A stretch of DNA of 64,000 bases from Fimbriosthenelais zetlandica (taxonomy: Eukaryota), in the NCBI GenBank assembly GCA_977030845.1, contig OZ365112.1, forward strand, positions 12,028,001 to 12,092,000, given 5' to 3'. The position numbers were made by a program, and so were the translations under genes. How positions within the stretch are numbered: the stretch's first letter is position 1; every line of letters begins with the position of its first letter. A model generated the notes under the pieces. That model saw only the letters and a program-made list of their open reading frames with translations. It did not search any database and was not told where the DNA came from. Positions 23,801 to 35,800 of the stretch are shown piece by piece.

Positions 23801-26800
23801 AGAGGATTTATTTGAAATGGAGAAGTGTGCTGAGCTTGTAAGCATCAGGGTGCTGAAATGAAGTATACATGGTATATGCACCTCCTAGGTCCATTAATTA
23901 ATCATTGAAGTATTTTTCAATCGAGTTTGGTGAAAAGACTCGCTTGCTTTAGACCGTGCAACAAGTTACTGTCAGCTCCTCAGACCGGCACTTTTTGTAT
24001 ATGCTGCTTAATATGATAAGACTGCCATAAGAAATACTTTCCAGTAGAACTGAGTTGTTGGGAATGTTCCGAGCCTCGCCAAATGCTTCCCTCCTCATGA
24101 GAGAATCCTAGCCTGCCAATCTTCATTCGTCCATTCACTGTCCGTTCTTATCTCCCTCCCCTCACAGTCACAAACAAAGAGTGCCAGCCTCCTCCGTGTT
24201 CTTCATTCACAGCCAATAAGGCAGCCTACAACGCCGCCAGCGATCCCCCCTAACTTCACTAACAACAATTTTAAACTATTTACAGTCGGTGATCTTTATT
24301 AGATCTAGTGCTACAAGGGGCTTCTTCCCCGCTCCACCTTTCTATACGATTGAGGAGACGGTGAGTTGATGGATAGGGAGGAGTGTAAAATGAATTGCCT
24401 TTAGATCCTTTGTACAGTGGAAGCTTTTTTGTCTTCTCTTGCATCGCGTGTGCTCGAAAATGATCTTGCACTGAGACATGAAACAGTAATAATCATATAG
24501 TCTGTACCAATGATAAGTATATCACAAATTAACCAGGATAACTCGTGTACACCCCTGACAAAGTGCACAATCTAATAAGTCACTTTTTTCATTTAATTTA
24601 TCAGATTCGCTGGTTCCTCCCCAAATTCCTTCTTTTGCAATTCAGTGTCCTGTCCATATATTATATGCATCATAATGCAATTTATACAAATCTCCATATG
24701 AATGAGAATTCCCTTGGTTCCTGAAGCCATCCTTCTCCCCACTCCCATGTATTGAAGGGTTATTCGCCTCCTTGCCATTCCCCCTATTTACATATTATGA
24801 TATCCTGACTTCCAGCAACAGTAATCTCTCCACAAGCTTCTTCCCAGCCACACAAAAAGTCTGTTATCTCCAGTTTCTTTTCACCGGAAGGAAGTCATTG
24901 TAATTAAGCTAGCACCAGGAGATAGCGCCGAGTTTTACTTTGTTTTATGTTCGCATATCGACATCACATGCTTAACGCGTAATTACCAGAACTGAATTAG
25001 AGGAATTCAATTACCAGGCGGAGGATTAAAGCCTAGAGATGTAATTGTATCCTTGCGCCTACTAATCACCCCCATTTGCTGGAACTACTTGTGAAATCAG
25101 GCAGAGCCGAGCCAGCTATCTATCCTGGCGCTCTATACAGATCAGAGAACATTCACTATGGAAAATAACTACACTTTCTTCCCTCATGGGACTTCATTTA
25201 CTTTATTTCAAGCTATTTTTGCCAGCGAATATTATGGTGAAGGCCATGCCTGGTAGGATGCAGGACTTACAATTGTCAACCAGTGAATGGTGTCAATAAA
25301 AATACCAGTGGGTGGTTGGAGGTGGAGGCAGGTACATTTTTGCTGGTGCTGTTGACTTGTTTTATGAAGCAGTTGGTAGGATTAGCGAGCCCAGGCCTAA
25401 TTGAATGAATTGGAACATGCCTGTTGCTGTGGAGAGAGCTTTCTTCCCACTTCATGTTCTCCAAACAGCTTTTACTTATCCCCCTCCTCCCTCGCCATAT
25501 GAGGCTCTCAATCTACTCCATTTCACTGAGCCCTCATTTAGGGTATAGATTTTAAAATGCTATAGAAGGGAAAAATAGAGGCATTAATGGAGCCTTCTTC
25601 TGCATCTGGAGAAAGAAAATTGGCTGGTTTTTCTTCATTCCATGAGCGCGCCATTAGGTTTCAGAAAATCTATAATGGAGGAGGTTCTTATCGTTAGCGA
25701 AGGTAATGGTATGATCTCATTAAGCTGAATAGTCATAGAAAAAACCATATTCAGGTAGGATATTTGTCATTTTGATAATATAATGGCACTCATTTTGTGG
25801 ATGGCATTTATCAAATGTCATTATCCTAGAACAACCTATTTGTTATATTTGTACATATACACCATAACTGTGCTGCAGTCTTTCCCTGAAATATAGCCTA
25901 TAACACTTTCTTGGGTTCTGACATTTTCCTTTGTGCAGTATGGGAATATATATATGCACATCAGTGGCAATTACGTGGAACTACTTCAGTTTAATATTTT
26001 AGTAAGACGTCATCAAACGCATACTAGTCGTTTTAGCTCTATAACAAAATGTGGATAAAAAGAATGGCAAATCAAATCTGTAGGGACTGTTGGGGCCCTT
26101 CATTGAAAATGGACGTGGAGCCATTTTGTGCATTGTCAGACATACCTCCTCTATCTGTAGAAGTGTTCTGGTCAGAACGTGACAAGGTGGTACAAACGCC
26201 ACACTGTGAGCCACTCAGGGGAGCTGACCAACTGCTGCTAAACCACTTAAACTGTCGGCACCATCTCCTCAGTACATATTCACTGCCTGCTGTCCACTGT
26301 GGCCATGGTAACGTTAGAGATGTTACCAAGGAGAGGGCGTCTATGTATTCAGGAGTGGATGTGGAACCCGTGTGGAAAGCGGTTGACAGGCCTCACGAGG
26401 AGGTAATGGGAATCAAGAAGACCTGACCCGGGCACCTCACAGGGTCAAAACCATTACCTTAGACATAGAACATGTACACAATGCTTTCCCTGCACTTGTT
26501 GGTTCTGTTCAAGATATAAGATGGCAGTTATAGTGGATACCGCCTCAGTTAATCAGGTTCGTGTATGTGTGGACATGTGCCTTGTTATCAAGACAATTAT
26601 TTTCTTGATGCAAATGTGTGGGGAAAAAACACTTTAACTTCCCAAACATTTAAGAAAATATAGGCCAATACTCTGGGGGAAACACTAGGGTTGTTGCTAT
26701 TTTTGAGCACCTGTTGCTCTGGTTTTTATTGAGTTCTGTTCCATCTATTCCAACAGTTGTTTCTGAATTAGGTCACTGGTGGGATTTGCCGCGGAACCGG

Positions 26801-29800
26801 AAATACAACAGGTCAAGTGTTGTTAGGCGCCACTTCCGGTTTTAGCTCATATTGGCAGGCATCGTGTGACCTGCCCACGTGACCTGTTTCTCCTAAAACA
26901 GGGTCTATGACCTCTGTTTTCGCTCAGATGAAGAGGTGGGCGACATAACCTGTACTTGGCATTTTCAGTGTTATAATGACCATAGGTGCATATGATGTGT
27001 ATTGTCTGGAATTAGCTACATGGTATGGCGCATGTCCTCTCGTATCCTAGCTAATCTTTACAGTGTTAAGCACAAACATAACAGCAAGGTTTAGGTAATA
27101 TCTGCAGTACCGTTGTTTGATTAGTTCGAAACCCCTGCAGGCAATGGAAATAATCCATTTTCCAAAAAGCCCCGTGCATTGTGTAGCAGAAAAAATTGTC
27201 CATGTCGGTATTTGTCGTTTCTGTAAATTGGGCAAAATGACAACCTTTAAATATGTGCTTGGCTGAGGCTAAAAGACAAGTCGGGCATGCGAAAATGCCA
27301 ACACCTACTCACAATCTATTATATGGATCGCTAGGGGCCCCTAACCATGGCAGAAACCCGCCCCGCGGCCCATAGAGGAAGTCTATGCCTTCATAAACAG
27401 GGGACAAGGAACATGGCTTCTGCATTTAGGTCTCAGCACAGCCTATTTGTCTAAACAAGCATAATGGTTGAAGGCGCGTCTTTTATCTTGTTGGGTGTCT
27501 GAATTATATATATTGGTGCTCAACAAGTGGGAGTAGGATGAGGCATGGGTGAATTATGGTAACAAGACCTCTAACCACAATGTTCACTTCAATATTCAAA
27601 GGGAAATGAATCCCATGAAGTTAATCACATTATTTAGTATTATTTAATATATGACCACGGAGAAAATGATGCCTCACGGGTTGATAAATAAAAACTCTTA
27701 GGGTGGAACAATTTGACCACAGAATTAATGGCCTATATTCAGCCAAAGTATGCAAGGCATGGGAAAGAAAGCCCAGAATCAAATTATTTAATAGATGGTC
27801 ATTGTGAAGAGCATTTTGTCCTGCACATCCTTGAGCCATTTGAGCATTTCCTGTATACGACCCACATTAGCTCACCTCCTAACATGGAGAGGTGAGAGCT
27901 ACTCGTGTTATTACAAATAAAGGTGGACTCATAAAGTATCTTTCAGTCAATAAAGAGCAGATGGTCGAGTGGAGACATCAATGAGAACTCCTACCATCAT
28001 ATCCAGGTTACGGCCTCAGTTCTACCTACATGGCTTAAGCTTGGCTATAAACATAAAACATGGCCTCAGCCTGTACTAACCATTACTTACACCTTACATA
28101 AACCATTGTCTTAGCTGAAACATTCTCAGCTGCCTGTGCAGCTTCTCGTATACTTAGGAATGAGTATTTTTGCCTGGCTCCAACTTAGCAATACGAAAGG
28201 CATTAGCAGGATGTGTTTTTGTATTCTAAGACAATTCAGGAACCATTGAACAACATTAGCAAATTCAAGGTCAATTAAGGAACCAAGAAAATCTAAATAT
28301 ATGAGTAACAGGGGTATATTTTGAACATAACATAATATAACATAGCAACCTCGGGAAAGTCAGAATACCTTCTACATTCAATAGAGTGGGAGCGTCTGCC
28401 TATATAAAGCCACAGGACTGCACCTGCCTGATAATTCGTGAATAATGTATGTGAAGGGAAATACTCCCACAAGAAGGTATTTTTCAAATGCCCTCGAAAT
28501 ACAAACGCTCCTTGTTTTACGCTATACCATGTATGTATGTTGATAGAGAGGAAATTAAAGTAATACAAATCAATATCGAGCTGCTCTAAAATATCAATCC
28601 GAGTTCATTATAAATTGAAGGTATAGTGGCTTTGAAGTTTTATATATTTTTAACCTGATCAACAGATAAGTTGCAAAAGCTCCCTCAACATAAAACATTA
28701 TCCAATAAAAGTATCAGCGCCACGTACGGCGACTGCCACTTTATAAATTGCTTGCTGGATGCAATGAGATTTCCACCTAATGGATAGTACTGTGTTTTGT
28801 CCAGTGAATCATGACTTATAGGCTGGGTTCATTCAGTCAGCTACAAGGCTGCCTCAGCCTCCAGAGTCCACGTTTTTGTCTCAAGTCACAGGTAGACTTG
28901 CAGAGTTGCTTACTCACGTGCATTTAACAAAAATAACATGTCCAATGCAATTCAATACTTCTTGAATAATATGAGAATCTGAGAGGAGAATGGCTGATCA
29001 GGAAGATCACATTCCTTTATCATGCATTAGGATACGATCCCATGCTGGCTGTTTATTACAAGTCCATTCTTCTTCCCTCTGAACAATTCCCGGGGGATTG
29101 GATTCTTCAAAAGTGGGCCGACGGTGGTAAATACGCTCACCGCGCGTCTGACAAGGTTCAAACAGTGATCAAACTACTTTTGAATCCGCAGTCCTTCAAG
29201 TGTCTTCTTCCATCCTTTGAATCCTCTGATTCAGACAATTTGAGAGGGTAGGAGGACCGCCTGGTCAAACAATCCAACGATTGTATTCCTTGTGATGACA
29301 ACGGCGATAATTAAATTCATTTAACTTTGGGAACATTTGACACTCTTCAATAATCCCCTTCACTGATTTTTGTGCCTTGTTGGTGAGCTAGAACATTCTG
29401 ACAAGTTAATTAAGACCAATGAGACTGATGGCGCTTCCAGTCTCTTCACATTTTTCTGTCGTCCATTCATCCCTGCTTCCTTTCCTTCATTCACGTCGTC
29501 TTTGTACTTTGGTCCCTCATTCAGTGTGACGTCCTATTGTTAAGTCAGGACTCCCTGTTTTTCTCCTTCCTCCTGTCTTGCAGCCTGCCTCTTTGCTTTG
29601 TACGTGATATCCATTAATCCATTTCTCTTCTACAATGAATTCATCAATTTAATATACTTAATTTAACGGTTTCAATAATAATATGACCCGTTCATTTGTC
29701 ATTTATTTTGCCTTCATATATTATTTGTTACTATCAAGTTTGGGGAACTTTATTGCCATTGATTTGACTGAGATATCAATGACAATGATCTTGTGACACA

Positions 29801-32800
29801 AATGCGGCCCAATTGCCAATGATGGATGCTAAAATTTTACAACAACTAGCCTGTGATTGATCATGAATCTACAGTGCCTTTCAAAGACAAACAATCGAAT
29901 TCAAATCTGCTGTCGATAAGCCTATGACAGATGAGGCACTAACAACGAGGTCTAGTGATGAAATGTGTGCTTCACTTGAGTTTCAGGCCAGATTTGCGTC
30001 TGTACTTGCGTGATAGCAAGCTTTTCAGCTGTTTTGTTTTATTCATCTCAATTCAGAGCCATTCTCTCGCACCAAAGTCATGTAAATGAGTGAATTTCAC
30101 ACACAAAAAGACACATACAGATCTCTAGAAGGTTATCAGGATGGAATCTATTCTCTATTGTTGAGAGTGGAAAATCACTCGAGCTAAATCATAGTCAGTT
30201 GATGTACGCTCGCTAGCAGGTCGTGGGAGATAATAAGTCAAATTTGAAACCCTACGATGGATGGTTTTATTATGAGCCAAATAATTATCCCCCTGCGTGT
30301 TTCTCTCGCTCTTCTGAAGCCACATCATGTGATACTTAGCCTACAAACGTTTACTCCAATTACGGGCTATACATGAGTGTAGAAACATGCCACTAGTTAC
30401 AGTTGTTAGATCCCAACAATGCCACTGCACGAAGGTAATACGCACTGTATGTGCATTGTGACGCACTGCGGCTTTTAATGCAGCTCATTGTTGTTCCCCT
30501 CTCTTCACTTCATTTAACCTTCAATAGAAGAATCTAAAAGCTTTTATGTTTAATTAATAGGAACAATGAATGTCTTATAAATACTGGATGCTCTGACATT
30601 TTCCTTTTTTTTCGGATTAAATTTATATACATGCCCTTTGAAAGCGGACAACACCCTGTTGGTTTACTCGTTCCATGCAAATAGTTCATACATTTGTGTG
30701 GGAAAATCCCCTTGAACAATACATTGTAGTGAAGCCATTGTAAGCCTGGGAGCAATGATAGCATGATCCAGGCGGGTGTAACCCTAACAAACCTTGTGCA
30801 ATGTGCACTAATTGTATGTTAACATGAGCAGGAGACTGAGCGGCTGGTGTGTGTTATGTGAGATGCTCAGAAGTTAATTAACCCTGGCCTCAGAGGCTAG
30901 AGTCCCGGCTCCGCTAGACTCCCAGGTTAAACCAATCATAAGAGTCACTAATTAGTCCTGCAGAATATCTCTAACGCAAAGAGAACCTCATCTTAACATG
31001 ACATCTATGTTAATATTTTTTTGACATGCTTTGAGGAAGACAGATGCTGTTAGTCCATACCGTTGGTTCAGTAAAAAGGCCCATGTCATACCATTGAACC
31101 AGTAAAAGGGTCCATGATGCTAAGTTTTGGTTAAAGATCCCAGCTGTTTTAAGTGTGGAAATCGGTATTAAATCAATGTCAACTAATTGCGATGTCTTAG
31201 CTCAATGTCTACTAATTTTGATGTGTGTTTTAACCATCAAAAACTGAAAAACCGGCAATGACACTGACCAAACCAGGATGGATTTCAATAAGGGAACATC
31301 TCACCTATACCATGCTAAACGCATTGACCAAACAATCATGGCCCCTGTGCCTGAACGTTTATATCGTCACGTCCACAAAAACACTTATTCGTAAAAAAAA
31401 ACAAAAAAAAAACAAAAAACATTTACATGATCAATGATGAGAAGTACCCTATTGGGACCGACCATTATTAATTAGTTAATCACCTCAGGGACGTTAAGTG
31501 GTCTGGTTAAAATCAACAGTATCTCATGTATATGTGAAGGACCTTAATAATACGGGTATATCTAGATGTACGTATTACGAAGCAGACCCTGGCTTATCAC
31601 TTGATGAAGATGATGATTGATATCCTTGATGCTCTTATCCCTCCCTGGGGAGCGGCCTGGGAGGATCCCTTAATGGGTGCAGTGCATGGGGGGGAACTGG
31701 GATTAATTGATGCTATATCGATGTGGCTCTTCAGAAATTGCTATTATTTTAGGAGTTCTAAGATGAAAGCTTTCACACAAAAGAAAGCATTGGAAATATT
31801 AGGTCAGGTTCACTGTAGTATCTTTTGGATATTTTTCAGATTTCTGAGTCGACCATACTATAATATATTAGACACTGGAAAGACATCATTTATATTGGAT
31901 ATCCTTCAAGCTTCATATATGACATCGCCTTTGTAGCATATTGAAGTATAAACTAATTCCCGGTGATGCTTCTTTTACTGTGACAAAAAGACTTGATAAC
32001 TCGCGATCCCCTGCTCGTGTGGGCCGAACATGACTAGGAATACACCTCAAAAACTACGAGAAACAAAATCAAAAACGATACATCATCCAGACAAACAGAC
32101 AAAAACGCTTCGCTACACTAGAGAATGCAAAAAGATGATGTGATCAAATTAGTATTTCTTTCCTAAAAACTCTCTTCTTCCTTTATGCTTTTTCCTGTGC
32201 TAAACTTGCGTGTTAAAAAGCTTCCCCTTGTCGGTTTAACGTGACTCTGCTAGGGATTCTTGTTCAGATCTTGGTTTCTTTGCATGCATGTTTTACCCAG
32301 TTACAAACAAAGCTATCATGTCTTCTCTCCACCCCCCCCCCCCCCCCCAACCTCTCCCTTTCTCTCTCTATCCCTTTCTCCCTATCTCTATCTCATTCTC
32401 ACTCTCTCGTCCCCCACATGAATCATTATGTCTAATTATTTGTCTAATTTTCTGTGTAATTAATTCGTGCATTTTCCCTTCTGTGAATGTCGTCCAGCAG
32501 TTGCTTTGGACACCATATACATGTACTGTACCTTTGTCGTGTAAAAGGCATGCAGGAATGGGTAGAGTGGACCATGCGGAGTGATATACGACTGACACGG
32601 CCCCTGGGTGCGATGCGCCAATAGCGACATGTGGTGGAGATCCGATCAAGTAGATCTCATTAAGCTCGGCTTTTGTATAATGGCTGCCACTTGTGTCCCA
32701 ACAATTACCCGGATGTACGTGACAGTGGAAAGGAGACCCCGACGTCACTTGTCTTTCATACTGTCACGCGTTCCTCTTCTAGACAATTCAGGCATGGATC

Positions 32801-35800
32801 CAAAATCCATAGGGATGTTTAGGCCAGATGATAAAATTCAGGGGGCTCTATATTGTATATTTCATTTCTCTCTTCAATTGGAATTAAAGAGGAAATAGAT
32901 TATGTTTCATAATGTCAAAGTTCCGTATTAATGATTTAACAAAATAGATAATAAATCATAAAAGAATAAAATGTATCTTGAAGGGACAGAATTAATTGCC
33001 CAATTAAACTCTCACAATCATAGGAAATGAGGCATGCTTTTTCAAATTTTCCCCTGGGATATCATGAAGTGGATTTAAATGAAGATGCATCTTTGAGCCT
33101 GGGGAGGCCCACGTGCGATGATGATACTCCTATAGTCTGAAGCGATGAGTTATTAACGTTGGGTGATGTTGCTGTGACCGCTTCAGCAACCATCAAAATG
33201 GATCCCATTGTGTGGAGAAGGTGTTAGAGTTAGTTACAGTAATGAGGGCAATTAAAGAAGCATGCTCCTAAAGCCCATTATCCGAGATATTCTTCTCTCT
33301 ATAAAAAGCCAATTAGGATGCTTCAAGAAATGCCCATTGTGTATAATTGTGTTCTGTTTCCCCACAAAAATTATGGTTTCTACGGGCCTGCCAATTGTGA
33401 TATTGGATGGAAATGGATTTGAGAATTGATGCAGAAAATCTTTCAATAACAATGGGGAATTAATGCATACTAATGCATCAGGTTATAAAGCATGCCCTGC
33501 TATATTCTATATAATCATTGTTGAATTATTTTGACTTGTATAAATATTAGAATTGGGTGCAGTATAATTTAAGATGGAAGAATATATCCGTTTACTAATC
33601 TTCGCTTTTAAATTATATCCAAGTTTCATGCATTTCACAGCCGGGAAATTAGTTCAGCTAAAAGCTGTTTATGAGATGCGAGCACACGCCTGAAATGATT
33701 CGCCGTTTTCATAACCTTAACAAAGCATGTTTTTTCCTTTGGAATCCAAACAGTTTAACTCCCTATTTGCAAGAATGCTTTGGACTGAAAAATACTTTCG
33801 GGAAGCTGCGCTTGAGGCGAGTGGGAGCAGCAGTGATTTTTGCTCTAATCTCTGAATTGTCTCTGAGTTAGTTTTGCCAAGAATCACATAACAAAAACGA
33901 GTAGCTCTGCAATGAGACGGGCATGTGCTCAGAGGCACTGATGTCATGTATTCTACTGCAGGCTTTACTTTTCCTTGTTTTAGATTAATATGAATGTCAA
34001 TTTAATTTCGGAAATCTTCTCTAGTTTGCATTTCAAAATGACATCATGATATTACCGATCTTCAGTCAGATGAAACAGCTAGTATAATTATTAAAGCTTA
34101 CAAAATACAGAATATAACTTAGAGTCTAGCTCAGAAACTTTACCCAGGCATAGTGCTTTGATAGATAGAGAGAATGCATTATTCTCTCCAGACAAAGCTT
34201 TAAGATAGGAATGCAAGGCACGTGCCCAACGCCTAGTGCATACAATAATAATGACCTTGTAATCTATTTACTGTGGTCAGTTCTTACCCATTGCTTCATA
34301 CATATCCCAAACTGCTGAAGGCCATTTTGGAGGAAGATCCTGACAGTTGATAACGGCATAATTATATAATCTAATCAGGCATAAACTATTCGGACAGTTA
34401 CCAGATATACATTAAATATGTGTGCATATGGAAATATAAGAAGATTCGTTGATATGTTGGTTCCAGTATCTTATATTGAAGCTAATGGAATTGGAAACGA
34501 GTAGTTGAAGTCTGTGCTGCCAGAATTTAACTGTAGTTACGTCAGAACTTAATTCTCTATTACGTAACAAGCGTTCATCTTCAGTAAGAGGCTGCTGTCC
34601 GCTGCCTCTATTTAGGAGTAACATTCCATTTCCTCTTAACTCCAGTCTCTTTCCGTCTCTATTCTCATCAAGCTGAAATGCATTACCTCGACAAAGAATC
34701 AATCACGTCAAAATATCTTGACATATAAATTAAACCTTTCTGCAAAAGCATATCAATCAGGATGTTACTTACAAATGATCCAAATTACTCAGTGGCTATT
34801 TGCAATAATTCTCCGGGGGATAGGTACCAGCTTTTAGCAATTTAATGCTGAAATCTTAATGCTTCAGTCAGCGTTCCCTTTGGGAGATGGAGATGTATAT
34901 TTATAGCTTGCTGTAGGCAATAGCTGGCTGTAGGCAAGCAGTCAGGCCATTAACAATTTACATTTTAGTGAATCCCATTACCGATTCACATTTAGTGATT
35001 CCCATTCGGTGGCGGGTCTGCGATGACCTTATCATATTATGGTGTAACCCTTTGTCCGATTCTATCGGGATTACGGTGTTGTAATCACGTATAGCCTGTT
35101 GTTGGTGATTGAACGCCCAGCACCTCCAACTGCCCCCAACCATCAATCACCGCCACCTTGCCACCAGGGGGCACACCTCTAACAATGACCCTCCAGCTTC
35201 TCCTGTCCACCGCCAGGGGAACAAGGTTAATCTAGTATCACCTTTATCCCGTACCAGCCCTCTGTCCGGTCCGGCTGGCCGGAAGCAAAATCTAAGTGCC
35301 ATTTGCTCAGATTTAGGAACAAAACAGAGATTGGAGGAGCAGCTGAAGCATGGCGAGGCCTGATAGATTACAGCGAACATTCCATGTGAAATCCTAGAGG
35401 ACTGAATAGACTGATTTGCTCCAAGACCGAGGGATCTGAAAAGCGGGTATTGGTCCGATGTTCCTTTATGTAAAATGAATGGCTTATACTGAAGGGATTT
35501 AGCCTTTATAGTGCACAGAGAACTTCTTTATGGTATCAGAGTTTAAGGGAACCTCAGTTATAGAGAATATCTGGAATGTGATGCGATCTTTTGGTAGAAT
35601 CTACATGGACTCAATAAGTTGATAGGCAATTCCTCATGATATGTGCTTCTCATAGAGGAAACTAGTCAATGAATATATTTGTATAGAATCCCAGATGGAA
35701 ATCTATAGTTATCTGTGATCTATATTAGTGATAAAGATGCATCAAGTAACAAGTCTTCAGGCCTCTTACTATCTTATCAATATTGTATATTTAATGACTA

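Noticed and set aside
24910-24931. REST/NRSE-like motif AGCACCAGGAGATAGCGCC
   Set aside because: Spacing is one base off and the GGACAG half-site has two mismatches
34480-34580. Homeodomain-like look of EDERLLRNRELSSDVTTVKFWQHRLQ on the minus strand
   Set aside because: Lacks the invariant WFxNRR of helix 3, and helix 1 residues do not fit
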